Shown here: positions 1 through 9,363 of the stretch, in pieces
Layout: every line of letters starts with the position of its first letter
How positions within the stretch are numbered: the stretch's first letter is position 1
Assembly (NCBI GenBank): GCA_036514415.1
Contig: DATBXG010000117.1
Span: 1 to 42,319 of the forward strand
Direction of reading: 5' to 3'
DNA: 42,319 nucleotides
Source of the DNA: Paraburkholderia sp.
GTDB lineage: Bacteria; Pseudomonadota; Gammaproteobacteria; Burkholderiales; Burkholderiaceae
Notes under the pieces: generated by a model
What the model was told of the DNA's origin: nothing
What the model saw: the letters and a program-made list of their open reading frames with translations, nothing else
Database searches by the model: none
Program-made: the position numbers and the translations under genes

Positions 1-76
1 CCCGAACAGGACCGTGAAACGACTCCACGCCGATGATAGTGCGGATTGCCCGTGTGAAAGTAGGTAATCGTCAGGC
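1..76 (+). rRNA. rrf: 5S rRNA, 3' portion (5' end lies before the window)
   Basis: CCCGAACAGGACCGTGAAACGACTC..CGCCGATGATAGTGCGGA..GTGTGAAAGTAGGTAATCGTCAGGC matches the betaproteobacterial 5S rRNA pattern (CCGAAC, GCCGATG.TAGT, GAAAGTAGG). Confidence 0.96.
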
Positions 77-92
77 TCCTTATGCAGTACGT

Positions 93-137
93 CCAGAACC
101 CCGGTGTCTCCGAAAGAGAACCGGGGTTCTGGCGTTT
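93..137 (+). terminator. Putative rRNA operon terminator hairpin
   Basis: CCAGAACCCCGGT...ACCGGGGTTCTGG inverted repeat (93-132) right after 5S, followed by a short T run. Confidence 0.7.
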
Positions 138-274
138 ACGCTTCAGTTCCGCGCGGGATTACTCCGTCACGTCGAGTTGGCTGTCGCAGCCTCGGTTCGG
201 ACAACGGCGCCGCAACCTACACTCAGGTCGGCGCCGCCAAGCGGAAGTTCGAAGTCGAGTCGTCACCCGCAGTG

Positions 275-1342
275 TCATCGCAACTGGCTGATCGACGCGA
301 TCAGTGACTGGACCCGGTGGTCGCAAGTGTGGCGCTGTGTGACTTCCCGGAAACCGTTCGCGCTGATTCGCCGGCGCTCGTCTTCGTTGTCCAGAAGCCA
401 ACGCAGCTTGCGCTGCATGTCCTCGAGATCTTGATAGACGCACAAATGCTCGTTATCGGCGAAATAGTTGTGGAGATCGAGGGCATTATCCGTCAGCAGG
501 CATGATCCGCTGGCGAGAACCTCGAAATATCTCATGTTCAGCCCCAGCCTTACTGTCCGGTCGGCATTGAGGACCACGCGGGCCTTGTTATGAAGCTCGT
601 TCAGTTGCGTACCGAGGATCAACTCTCCCTTGTGGATGCGGCGCAGCACATCGCGAGGTAGCCGGCTTTTCTTGATCCACGAATGCCCGTAAAGCGCGAT
701 GTCCTGAGTCACTTCGAAAGCGCTCGCAATGACCTGATCGCGCCACGGACTCCATGCTCCGACAAATACGAGGTCGATTTCCTTCGCACTGCCGGCAATC
801 GGATAGTGCTGACGAACATTTGCACCATGCGGCAGGTAGCGAGCGTCACGGCCGTGCGAAGCGATCGTGTCAACGACTTCGGGTGCGAATGCAAAGTAGA
901 GGTCAAAACCGCGCGAGGCAGCTTCCAGATCGGACCAGTTGTTGCTTTGCTCTACCCACCAGCCGATCTTCACGACGTTTGATTCTCGCAGCTGGAAGAT
1001 TTCAGCTCTTTTGCCATGAATGCAAAGAACGACATCGGGCTCATAGGCTGCCACTTCTTCGCTGAGCCGGGTCGCAAGATGGTTTTCTTCACCGAGGCGG
1101 TGCTTGCGGAATAGATCCGTGCCTCTCGGCACCAGGCGAAGCGTACGGGCGAGCTTGTTGATTCTGCGAAAGACGTAGCGCGAGACCCAGTGGATCTGAT
1201 CCTCGATGATGAAGGTCTTCGCCTCCACGCCTGCCTTCTCGAAAGCATCGGCGTAGTCATCGGCCAATGGTGGAAAGCGGGGATGCGCGATCAGGATTCG
1301 CGAGATCGTCTTCGTCATAAGTTCTTGTTGAACAGTGTCCAT
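275..1342 (-). CDS. Glycosyltransferase, CgeB-like / glycosyl transferase group 1-2 family
   Basis: C-terminal motifs DLVFVG, LNMRYFEVLASGSCLLTD, LRWLLDNEDERRRIS..G...V...HT..HR are typical of this family. Start set at ATG 1342 (MDTVQQ); 1318 is an alternative. The ORF extension to 1534 runs into a terminator. Confidence 0.8.
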   Translation of the reverse strand: MDTVQQELMTKTISRILIAHPRFPPLADDYADAFEKAGVEAKTFIIEDQIHWVSRYVFRRINKLARTLRLVPRGTDLFRKHRLGEENHLATRLSEEVAAYEPDVVLCIHGKRAEIFQLRESNVVKIGWWVEQSNNWSDLEAASRGFDLYFAFAPEVVDTIASHGRDARYLPHGANVRQHYPIAGSAKEIDLVFVGAWSPWRDQVIASAFEVTQDIALYGHSWIKKSRLPRDVLRRIHKGELILGTQLNELHNKARVVLNADRTVRLGLNMRYFEVLASGSCLLTDNALDLHNYFADNEHLCVYQDLEDMQRKLRWLLDNEDERRRISANGFREVTQRHTCDHRVQSLIASISQLR

Positions 1343-1487
1343 GTTTTCGTTGCCGAGCTTCCGGAGGCGGAACACACGGAAGTCACCGCGGCATCTCAAT
1401 ATAGCCGCCCAGTGCGTTGCCGTCACGCCGACGGTGTGCGCCAACCGCTTTTGCCAAAAGAAGCCGCAAAACGCTGCTCCGCAAAAC

Positions 1488-1518
1488 AAAAAACCCGTCA
1501 CTTGCGTGACGGGCTTTT
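1488..1518 (-). terminator. Rho-independent terminator of the rpoD paralogue (possibly bidirectional)
   Basis: Stem CCCGTCAC-TTGC-GTGACGGG with an A6 run on the left (U tract on the minus strand) and TTTT on the right, 40 bp after the sigma stop codon. Confidence 0.85.
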
Positions 1519-1557
1519 CCCATTCCAGCTGCAAATAGCGTAGCGATCAAAAACCGC

Positions 1558-3534
1558 TTAACGCTCCAGGAACGGTCGCAGCTTATCGGCGCGGCTCGGG
1601 TGCATCAGCTTGCGCATCGCCTTGCTTTCGATCTGGCGGATACGCTCGCGCGTCACGTCGAACTGCTTGCCCACTTCCTCGAGCGTGTGGTCCGAGGTCG
1701 TGTCGATGCCGTAACGCATGCGCAGCACCTTCGCTTCGCGCGGCGAGAGCGCCTTGAGCGCCTCGTCGATCGCTGCGCGCATGTTCGCGTGGATCGCAGC
1801 GTCGGCCGGCGAGGCCGAACCGGCGTCCTCGATCATGTCGCCGAGCGTCGCGTCGCCGTCGTCGCCCACGGGGCTTTCGAGCGAGACCGGTTGCTTGGCG
1901 ATCTTGAGAATGCCGCGCACCTTCTCTTCGGTCATGCCCATGCGCGCGGCGAGGTCCGCCGGGTGCGCTTCCACGCCCGTTTGCTGCAGGATCTCGCGCG
2001 AGATGCGGTTGAGCTTGTTGATCGTTTCGATCATGTGCACCGGCACGCGGATCGTGCGCGCCTGGTCGGCCAGCGCACGCGTCACGGCCTGACGCACCCA
2101 CCACGTCGCGTACGTCGAGAATTTCCAGCCGCGGCGATATTCGAACTTGTCCACCGCCTTCATCAGGCCGATGTTGCCTTCCTGGATGAGGTCGAGGAAC
2201 TGCATGCCGCGGTTCACGTACTTCTTCGCGATCGAGATCACGAGACGCAGGTTGGCCTTGACCATCTCGCCCTTCGCCTGACGCATCTTCGATTCAGCAA
2301 CGGTCATGCGGCGGTTGATCGCCTTGATCTGCTGCAGCGACAGCGATGCCGCCGCTTCGATGTCGGCGAGCTTGCGCTGTTCGGACTGGATGGCCGGCAG
2401 GCTGCGTGCGATCGCGGGACCGTACTTGCTCGACGCTGCAGCGGCGCGCACGCCCCAGTCCAGGTCGGTTTCGTGGCCCGGGAACTGCTCGACGAAGGCT
2501 TCGCGCGGCATGCCGCAGCGATCGACGACGATGGAGAGCACATTGCGCTCGATCGCGCGAATCTGCGCGACCTGCTCGTGCAGCAGCGTGCACAGGCGGT
2601 CGATCGTGCGGGCCGTGAAGCGGATCGGCGCGAGTTCGGTCTGGATGTCGGCGCAGATCTGCATTTCCGCGGCCGAAGCACGCGCATTGGCGTCCGCCGT
2701 GCATGCCATCTGCTCGAACAGCGCGCGAACGCGTGCGAAGATTGCGAGGCTGTCTGCCTTCAGCTGGGCAAGCAGGGCCTCGTTGGCCTTGCTGTTATCG
2801 CTGTCGTCTTCGTCATCGCTCGAGTCGTCCGATTCTTCTTCGTCAGAGGCTTGGGCTTCGACCTCTTCGCTGCCGTCGGCTTCGGCCATGGCGGGTTCCT
2901 GCGCAGCCTCGTCGCTGCCGATGCCGTCGACGAGTTCGTCGATGCGCATCTCATCAGCGGCGATACGGTCAGCGTCGGCGAGGATCGTCGCGACGATCGA
3001 CGGGCATGCCGCGATCGCCTGGATCATTTCCTGGAGGCCGTCTTCGATGCGCTTGGCCACTTCGATTTCGCCGGCGCGTGTAAGCAGCTCGCTCGAGCCC
3101 ATTTCGCGCATGTACATGCGCACGGGGTCGGTGGTGCGGCCGAATTCCGAGTCGACCGTCGAGAGCGCGACTTCGACTTCCTCGTCGGCTTCGTCGTCGG
3201 CCTGCGAGTCGGCGCGGGTGTCTTCGTTCAGCAGCAGCGTGTCGGCGTCGGGCGCCTGCTCGTAGACCTGCACGCCCATGTCGTTGAACGTGGCGACGAT
3301 CGTTTCGAGCGCGGCCGTCTGCGCGAAGTTGTCGGGCAGATGGTCGTTGATGTCCGCGTGCGTGAGGTAGCCGCGTTCACGGCCGAGCTTGATGAGCGCC
3401 CGCATTTGATGCTGGCGTTTTTCGAGTTGCGAGCCTGCGTCCACTGGAGTCGTATCGCCAGTCTTGTCTTTCGACGAGCGGCGTGCGGGGCGGGCAGACG
3501 AGGTCAGCGCGTCGTCCCGGTCATGGCTTGTCAA
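1558..3534 (-). CDS. rpoD: RNA polymerase sigma-70 factor, RpoD-type paralogue
   Basis: Region 1.1 ([19 protein letters not shown]), 1.2 ([11 protein letters not shown]), NCR, 2.x ([36 protein letters not shown]), 4.2 ([20 protein letters not shown]). Likely TTG start at 3534 after a GAGGAG SD. Confidence 0.93.
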   Translation of the reverse strand: MTSHDRDDALTSSARPARRSSKDKTGDTTPVDAGSQLEKRQHQMRALIKLGRERGYLTHADINDHLPDNFAQTAALETIVATFNDMGVQVYEQAPDADTLLLNEDTRADSQADDEADEEVEVALSTVDSEFGRTTDPVRMYMREMGSSELLTRAGEIEVAKRIEDGLQEMIQAIAACPSIVATILADADRIAADEMRIDELVDGIGSDEAAQEPAMAEADGSEEVEAQASDEEESDDSSDDEDDSDNSKANEALLAQLKADSLAIFARVRALFEQMACTADANARASAAEMQICADIQTELAPIRFTARTIDRLCTLLHEQVAQIRAIERNVLSIVVDRCGMPREAFVEQFPGHETDLDWGVRAAAASSKYGPAIARSLPAIQSEQRKLADIEAAASLSLQQIKAINRRMTVAESKMRQAKGEMVKANLRLVISIAKKYVNRGMQFLDLIQEGNIGLMKAVDKFEYRRGWKFSTYATWWVRQAVTRALADQARTIRVPVHMIETINKLNRISREILQQTGVEAHPADLAARMGMTEEKVRGILKIAKQPVSLESPVGDDGDATLGDMIEDAGSASPADAAIHANMRAAIDEALKALSPREAKVLRMRYGIDTTSDHTLEEVGKQFDVTRERIRQIESKAMRKLMHPSRADKLRPFLER

Positions 3535-3952
3535 TACATTCTCCTCGAAGGGATAGCCCGACAAGGGCAAAAAGGGTCACGCGCCAGCGGCGTGGCGTCC
3601 TGGCGATGACGAAATTGCAGGGGAGTTGGGCGGGGGCGCATGCCGGTCCCGCCAAGCGAGCGCCAAACGCCTGAAGGCATGGCAGCCTGGATTTTCGTGC
3701 AATGCAGAAAGACCGCGTATGGTAGTGCGTTACGGCATGCGAGGCAACCCGAATCGTCGTGTTTGCGGCACATTGACCGCTTTCAGGGTCGAATCGCTTG
3801 ATAACGCTGCAACTGACGCACTCTCTACGTGAGTCCCTTAGACCATTTTTCAAGCGAATGGTTCGCCCGTTTTTCCCTGTCCATGGAAGGCGCGAAATCG
3901 TTCCCCGTTTAACCGATCATGCGCCCCGCATTCGTTCGCGCATAGCCCCCGC

Positions 3953-4543
3953 TCACGCACGAATCGCGACAATACGTTGAACGCGTTTGCCCGAAGATCG
4001 GTTGACCGCATCCTCGTCGAGCGCGATGGCCGTGCCCTCGAGCGCGAGGGTCACGAGCGCCGGGTCGAACGCGCTATACAGGCGCCCCGCGGCGTCGCGT
4101 GCGCTGTCGCCCTCGGTCACGCGCCAGCTCAGATAGAGCACGCCGCCGGGCTTGAGCAGTTCGACGAGGCGGCGGCACGCGGGGCCGATCTGCGCGACGG
4201 GCAAATGCATGATCACGGTCTCGCAGAGCACGTTGTCAAAGCTCGCGGCGGGCACGCCCGACAATTCAGGCAACGTGGCAAGGCCGAAGGCGTATTGCGG
4301 GTGCTCAGTGGCCGCCTGTGCGATCAGCCCTTCAGAGGCGTCGTAGCCAACCGCCGGATATCCGTGGGCGTTCAGCCACGCAACGTCGCGGCCCGATCCA
4401 CAACCGATGTCTACAGTGCTTCCGCCAGGATGGAAATACGCGGTGAGACGCGCGTACAAGTCGTCGGGCGCGGGCTGGTTTGCCCATTCGGCGGCGAAGC
4501 TCGCGGCGCCGCTCGTGTAGGTCTCGATCGTCGTGAGGTCCAT
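3953..4543 (-). CDS. Class I SAM-dependent methyltransferase
   Basis: Motif I VDIGCGSGRD, plus FDNVLC and LLKPGGVLYLS; start at MDLTTIETY. Confidence 0.88.
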   Translation of the reverse strand: MDLTTIETYTSGAASFAAEWANQPAPDDLYARLTAYFHPGGSTVDIGCGSGRDVAWLNAHGYPAVGYDASEGLIAQAATEHPQYAFGLATLPELSGVPAASFDNVLCETVIMHLPVAQIGPACRRLVELLKPGGVLYLSWRVTEGDSARDAAGRLYSAFDPALVTLALEGTAIALDEDAVNRSSGKRVQRIVAIRA

Positions 4544-4674
4544 ATGGGGCTCGCAGTCCGTGCGGACAAGAGGAAAGGACGCTTCGAGACTAGCCGATCG
4601 GCAAAACGGCAGGCAGTGGTGCGGCGATACCGGTATGGCCGCTTCCATGCTTGCCTGTCCGCACTCCCCAAACG

Positions 4675-5112
4675 TCAGGGCGGGAATTCGTCGTACTGCG
4701 GCAGCGAGCCGGCGATTTCGAACCACGGCGCTTTCGAGCCCACGAACATATGGGCGGCTGGGCGGATGTCCGGCGTATCGAGCAGCGTGCCGAGCGTCAC
4801 GTGCACATAAGCGCCTTCGCGCACGACTGAATAGAGCAGCGAGCCGCAGTGGCCGCAATGCACGTCGTGCGCGCGTTGCGGATCGCCGTAGATCAGCGTC
4901 CGCCCTTCGCCCTCAGTGAGGTGAAGCGCCTCGCTTTCGATGCCCGCAAACGGCTTGAACGCCGAACCCGTGGCGCGGCGGCACTGCGAACAGTGGCAGA
5001 TGAACGCGTAGCGGAATGCGTTTGCAACCGCGTAGCGCACGGCGCCGCACAGGCACTGGCCACGCAGTGTGGCGGGGGAATTCGCGTGGGTGTGGACGGT
5101 GTCGGCGGACAT
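4675..5112 (-). CDS. GFA family (glutathione-dependent formaldehyde-activating / Mss4-like) Zn protein
   Basis: GQCLCGAVRY, CHCSQCRRATG, HCGHCGS, HMFVGSKAPW motifs. Confidence 0.9.
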   Translation of the reverse strand: MSADTVHTHANSPATLRGQCLCGAVRYAVANAFRYAFICHCSQCRRATGSAFKPFAGIESEALHLTEGEGRTLIYGDPQRAHDVHCGHCGSLLYSVVREGAYVHVTLGTLLDTPDIRPAAHMFVGSKAPWFEIAGSLPQYDEFPP

Positions 5113-5362
5113 GATGGACGCGAGGCTGAGGTGGCCAATGTCAAACATTGCGAATGAGCGATTGCCGCTTGAGCGTCATCATCATACGTTTGAGTGACAC
5201 TCGGCGCAGAAGAAGGCCAAGGTCACCACATATGGGGATTTGGCCGCCAGCCACGGCCTCCGCCCGGTTCGCGACGCCCCTCTGAGCCCGGTAAGCACCG
5301 CAAATTTCCCATAGACGGTTACCTATTGCGCGCTCGCCCAACGCGCGCACGGTCTTCACCGC

Positions 5363-5704
5363 CTAACCCGGCCTTTCCCTCAGTTCCTTCAATCCCTTGA
5401 TGACGACGAGCAGCGCGCGGCCGTGCTCTTCCGAGCCGTCCCATGCCTCGACGATCGCGTTGCGCAGCAATTCGTTATAGGCGGCCGCGTGCCGCCCGGC
5501 CGCCGGCGCCTTCACGCCATAGAAACTGCATAGCTTGTTGAATGACGCGCTCCGGCGTATGCGCCGCCCGTTCGACGTGCGAAGACGCGAAACCGTAGGC
5601 TGGCTGACCCCGGAAAGCCGCGCAATCTCGCTGGCAGAGCGGGAATCGTCCGATAGCCGCCGCAGCAGTTCCTGCACCGGAAAATAAGTGTCTGGGGCTT
5701 CCAT
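5363..5704 (-). CDS. Small XRE/Cro-like helix-turn-helix protein
   Basis: SASEIARLSGVSQPTVSRL HTH followed by a helical C-terminus; divergent from the 5784 gene. Confidence 0.8.
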   Translation of the reverse strand: MEAPDTYFPVQELLRRLSDDSRSASEIARLSGVSQPTVSRLRTSNGRRIRRSASFNKLCSFYGVKAPAAGRHAAAYNELLRNAIVEAWDGSEEHGRALLVVIKGLKELRERPG

Positions 5705-5711
5705 GTCATGC

Positions 5712-5740
5712 ATTATACCTATACAGTAACGGTTATTGAA
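5712..5740 (-). promoter_or_regulatory. Sigma70 promoter for the HTH gene (predicted leaderless transcript)
   Basis: Minus strand reads TTCAAT-17 nt-TATAAT-7 nt-ATG(5704), with no SD in between. Confidence 0.65.
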
Positions 5741-5783
5741 TTGCCCGCCAAAATCGGCGGGCAGCTGCATTCCGAGGAAGTCG

Positions 5784-6680
5784 ATGGCACTGAAACACCT
5801 ACCGCCCACGTTTTGCTGGTCACGCATCGGGCCAGAGGCTGGCGTTGATCTCCCCACGCTGGTCCTGCGCAAGGAGTGGGAGCGTCGGCAGGGGGGCGGG
5901 CGTTTCCTGTGGGGCATCGGCCAGTCGCTCGGGAGCAGCGCGCAGGTCGCGGCGCTGCGCACGGGCTCGCTGCTTGCGTTGTTCTCGTCGTCGGCAAGCC
6001 GCTCGCGCGCGACACATGACAAGCGTGGCAGGCGCGCCGACGTGGTCGTCTGGAATGCGTGGATCGACGCAAGCGGCCAGGTGCGCCAGCTTCCACCGCA
6101 CGTATTCGTTACGAGCGGCGCCACGCTGCCTTCGGGCGCCGCGCGCGAGCATCACTACGCGCTCGTCTGCGTCTCGCCTGCCGAGCTCAGCATCGGCAGC
6201 TCGCTGCGCGTGTTCCCGGAACGGCTGCGCAGCGTGAGCACGGCGAAGCCGCCAAGCCCCTCGCAGGGCACGGTCGTGGTGGATTGCGTCGAGCGCGCCG
6301 CGGAGGCGGCCGGCAAGAGCCATCCGCTCGTATTCACGGCGGAACTGGAGGCGCCGTACTTCGTGCGCCTCACGCAGCCGAAGCCCGTCAAGGCGCGCGA
6401 TCTCGCGGCCATTCACGAGGCCTCGCGCATGGGCGACTTCGACACCTACGCAGAACTCACGAAGCGCGTGCGCAGCCAGGCGTGCGCGCAGCAGGCGCGT
6501 GGCTTTACGCGCGATCTCTTCGACGTGCCGCCTGTCGAGCACGCCGCTTCTTTGCGGCATGGCGGCCCCCGAACGCGTCACGTCTCCCGGGCGGGCGACT
6601 GGACGCAGCTCACGATGGAACTCTTCCATGGCGATTCACACCCGTTCACAAGAGGCCGAGGCCGCGCAACGCTTTTTTGA
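5784..6680 (+). CDS. Conserved-looking hypothetical protein (~298 aa)
   Basis: GAGGAAG SD before ATG 5784; coding-like GC3 bias; motif-rich N-terminus (FCWSRIG, RKEWER, FLWGIGQSLG, HYALVC). No family recognised. Confidence 0.75.
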   Translation: MALKHLPPTFCWSRIGPEAGVDLPTLVLRKEWERRQGGGRFLWGIGQSLGSSAQVAALRTGSLLALFSSSASRSRATHDKRGRRADVVVWNAWIDASGQVRQLPPHVFVTSGATLPSGAAREHHYALVCVSPAELSIGSSLRVFPERLRSVSTAKPPSPSQGTVVVDCVERAAEAAGKSHPLVFTAELEAPYFVRLTQPKPVKARDLAAIHEASRMGDFDTYAELTKRVRSQACAQQARGFTRDLFDVPPVEHAASLRHGGPRTRHVSRAGDWTQLTMELFHGDSHPFTRGRGRATLF

Positions 6681-6876
6681 GGCGAGCCGGAACGTCGACC
6701 GGGCATTTCGCGCCCTGCGCGCCGAGGCGAACGCCTACGTCGCCGCGCCACTTGCTTATGGCGCCGCGCAATCGCGGCTCGACCACGCGCTAGACGAACT
6801 GGCGCGCGCCGAGGCGCTGTTCGATTCCGTTACGGGCGTACGGGCGCGCGCCGGCAGGGATCATCAGGATCACTGA
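6628..6876 (+). CDS. Small helical hypothetical protein (82 aa)
   Basis: MAIHTRSQEAEAAQRFFEASRNVDRAF...LDHALDELARAEALFD reads as an amphipathic two-helix pattern; overlaps the upstream gene's tail. Confidence 0.55.
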   Translation: MAIHTRSQEAEAAQRFFEASRNVDRAFRALRAEANAYVAAPLAYGAAQSRLDHALDELARAEALFDSVTGVRARAGRDHQDH

Positions 6877-6889
6877 GCGTGTGGGCGCG

Positions 6890-7780
6890 ATGACCCGCGA
6901 AGCGGCACGCACCGGCACGGGCCCCACGACTCTGGTTGCCGTCGAGCAAAAGCTGCTGCGCGCGCAGCGCATCGTCGACGATGCGCTTGCCGGCGCCTTT
7001 CTGCCACTGCCTGCGCGAGCGCTCCTCGCCTTCTGCGGCCCGCGAGCCGCGCGCTGCATGATGCGGGCGACCGAGCGGAAATACCCCGGCCTCTGGGGCG
7101 GCATGCTGTGCCGCAAGCGCTATATCGACGAGGCGCTGCAAGACGTGTCGGCGCACATGGAAGCGCTCGTCAACCTGGGCGCGGGCTTCGATACGCGTGC
7201 CTTTCGGGCATGGCGGCCGGGCGCTAGCCCGAAGCTGCCCGCATGGGAACTGGACCAGCCCGTCAATATCGAGGCGAAGCGGCGGCGGATCGTGGCGCGC
7301 TTTGGCCAGGTCCCCGAGCATGTGAAGCTCGTGGCGATCGACTTCGAGCGCGAGTCCATCGCGGCGGCGCTTGCGAGGCAGGACTACGAGCCCACACAGC
7401 GCACGTTTTTCATCTGGGAAGGCGTCACGCAGTATCTGGACGAGGCGAGCGTGCGCACGACGCTCAATTTTCTTTCGACGGCCACGCCGGGCAGCCGGCT
7501 CGCGCTGACCTACGTGCGCCGCGACTTTCTCGAAGGCCGCACGCTTTACGGCGCGCCCGCCATGCATCGGCGTTTCGTGGAGCGGCAGAGGATCTGGCGC
7601 TTCGGCCTCGACCCGCAGGCGCTGCCCGCGTTTCTCGCGCCCTATGGCTGGCGCGTGCTAGACCATCCCGAGCCCGCGGCGCTCGAACGACGCTATGTCG
7701 TGCCCACTGGCCGCGCGCTGACCTGCATGCCGCTGGAGCGCTGTGTTCTCGCCGAACGCGTGGAGTACGACGGCCGCTGA
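6890..7780 (+). CDS. SAM-dependent methyltransferase, LCM / TIGR00027-like family
   Basis: R(K)RYID, VNLGAGFDTRAFR, ELDQP, FIWEGVTQYL motifs. Confidence 0.9.
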   Translation: MTREAARTGTGPTTLVAVEQKLLRAQRIVDDALAGAFLPLPARALLAFCGPRAARCMMRATERKYPGLWGGMLCRKRYIDEALQDVSAHMEALVNLGAGFDTRAFRAWRPGASPKLPAWELDQPVNIEAKRRRIVARFGQVPEHVKLVAIDFERESIAAALARQDYEPTQRTFFIWEGVTQYLDEASVRTTLNFLSTATPGSRLALTYVRRDFLEGRTLYGAPAMHRRFVERQRIWRFGLDPQALPAFLAPYGWRVLDHPEPAALERRYVVPTGRALTCMPLERCVLAERVEYDGR

Positions 7781-7975
7781 TCGCGCTGCCGGGCAAACGT
7801 GGGCGGATTGGCGCATGCCAGATCTGCGCAATATGAAAGCCGCCTCGCGGCACAGGTGGGAAGCCTCGCGCGCCGATGCGCGCCAAGCCGACGAGCGCGC
7901 GCGTTGACTCAGCCTTATTTCACCTCCACCGGCAACTCCAGCACGGCCGCCACGAGCGGCCAGCGCTTCGCGGCG

Positions 7976-8186
7976 GAAATTGTCGAAACGGCCGTTGTGG
8001 TTGAGCAGCGCCTGTGGCGTGTAGCCCGCCTGCGCGAGCTGGGCGAACAGGTGGCACTCGGCCGGCGCGGGATCGTAGTGCGTCTTGTGCGCTTCCTGGC
8101 CGCAGGACGCGCGCGGCGGAGCTGAAGTTCTGGAAGATGTAGTCGAAGCGCGAGAAGAGCGGGTTGTTGCGCATCTTTTTGCCGGC
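7976..8186 (-). pseudogene. bcsG: Degraded internal fragment of cellulose phosphoethanolamine transferase BcsG
   Basis: One frame gives NNPLFSRFDYIFQNFSSAA and a shifted frame gives RASCGQEAHKTHYDPAPAECHLFAQLAQAGY..ALLNHNGRFDNF. Both match the recalled BcsG catalytic-domain stretch; the SYSGPAAIRLL segment between them is deleted. No other bcs genes are in the window. Confidence 0.7.
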
Positions 8187-8244
8187 CAGGCAAGGCTTGC
8201 AGCGGCGAGCCGTGAGCGGGCCGAAAAAAGCATGCGGATTGTAT

Positions 8245-8268
8245 TGCAAATGAGAATGATTGCAATTT
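8245..8268. promoter_or_regulatory. Fur box
   Basis: TGCAAATGAGAATGATTGCAATTT contains the AATGAGAATGATT Fur core, in an AT-rich patch overlapping a TTGCAA -35-like hexamer. Confidence 0.7.
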
Positions 8269-8631
8269 AAATATTGCGGTCAACAGGTGTATTCAGCGGT
8301 TACGCAACGATTTCGGTTTCAACCGCTCGATGTGGGCGCAACGAAAGGTTCGTGGTCAGCTGGATTTATTTGGGGTCGGGAGGCGTAGGCGCGACAGGTG
8401 GGCGCTCAGTGCTTTTGCGCGCGATCTCGCCCAACGTTGCGCGCTCAACCAATGCGTCACGCCACGCGTGTCGCCGCATTGGGGAAACCCGGCCCCACCC
8501 GTTCGCGCAGTGCATTTCACGCGATACCAATAAGCAGATTCGATGCCTTTAGGCAGTCCTTTCGTTGGTTCGCGAGGCGCGCCCAAACCTACAATGGGGC
8601 TTCGTGATGATCGACGTCTGGTGAACCGGAA

Positions 8632-9363
8632 ATGACTGAAAAATCGATGCTCGTGGTGAGCGCGCACAGCGCGGATTTCGTATGGCGTGCGGGTGGCGCA
8701 ATCGCCCTGCACAAGAAGAATGGCTATCGCGTGAAGGTGGTGTGCCTCTCGTTCGGCGAGCGCGGCGAGTCCGCGAAGCTCTGGCGCAAGGGCCCGGACA
8801 TGACCATCGAGAAGGTGAAGGCCGCACGCCGCGAGGAAGCGCTCGCCGCCGCCGGGATTCTCGGCGCGGAATGCGAGTTCTTCGATCTGGGCGACTATCC
8901 GCTGCGCGTTTCGGACGAAGCGCTGCTGCGCCTCGTCGACATCTATCGCGACGTCCAGCCCGCCTTCGTGCTGAGCCACTCGCAGAAGGACCCGTACAAC
9001 TTCGATCATCCGCTCGCCATGCACGTGGCGCAGGAAGCGCGCATCATCGCCCAGGCCGAAGGCCATAACCCGGGGCAGAAGATCGTCGGCGCGCCGCCCG
9101 TCTATGCGTTCGAGCCGCACCAGACCGAACAGTGCGAGTGGGTTCCGAACACGTTCCTCGACATCACCGAAGTGTGGGACGTGAAGCGCCGCGCCATTGA
9201 ATGCATGGCGGGCCAGGAGCACCTTTGGGAGTACTACACGCGTGTTGCGCAGCAGCGCGGCGTGCAGGCCAAGCGCAACATCGGCATCACGGCGAAGCGC
9301 GACATTCAATACGCGGAAGGCTATATGCGCCTGACGCCTGCAGTGGTGGGAGATCTGGCATGA
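8632..9363 (+). CDS. galB: 4-oxalomesaconate hydratase (PIG-L deacetylase fold)
   Basis: [41 protein letters not shown] motifs; sits in the gal cluster. Confidence 0.92.
   Translation: MTEKSMLVVSAHSADFVWRAGGAIALHKKNGYRVKVVCLSFGERGESAKLWRKGPDMTIEKVKAARREEALAAAGILGAECEFFDLGDYPLRVSDEALLRLVDIYRDVQPAFVLSHSQKDPYNFDHPLAMHVAQEARIIAQAEGHNPGQKIVGAPPVYAFEPHQTEQCEWVPNTFLDITEVWDVKRRAIECMAGQEHLWEYYTRVAQQRGVQAKRNIGITAKRDIQYAEGYMRLTPAVVGDLA

Noticed and set aside
33-434. ORFs overlapping the window start
   Set aside because: They overlap the 5S rRNA, its terminator and the antisense strand of the glycosyltransferase.
1600-3609. 669-aa ORF antisense to rpoD
   Set aside because: Shadow ORF from GC-rich codon bias opposite a clear gene; no motifs.
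5711-5730. Complete LexA SOS box
   Set aside because: Only one CTGT half site matches; not called as a feature.
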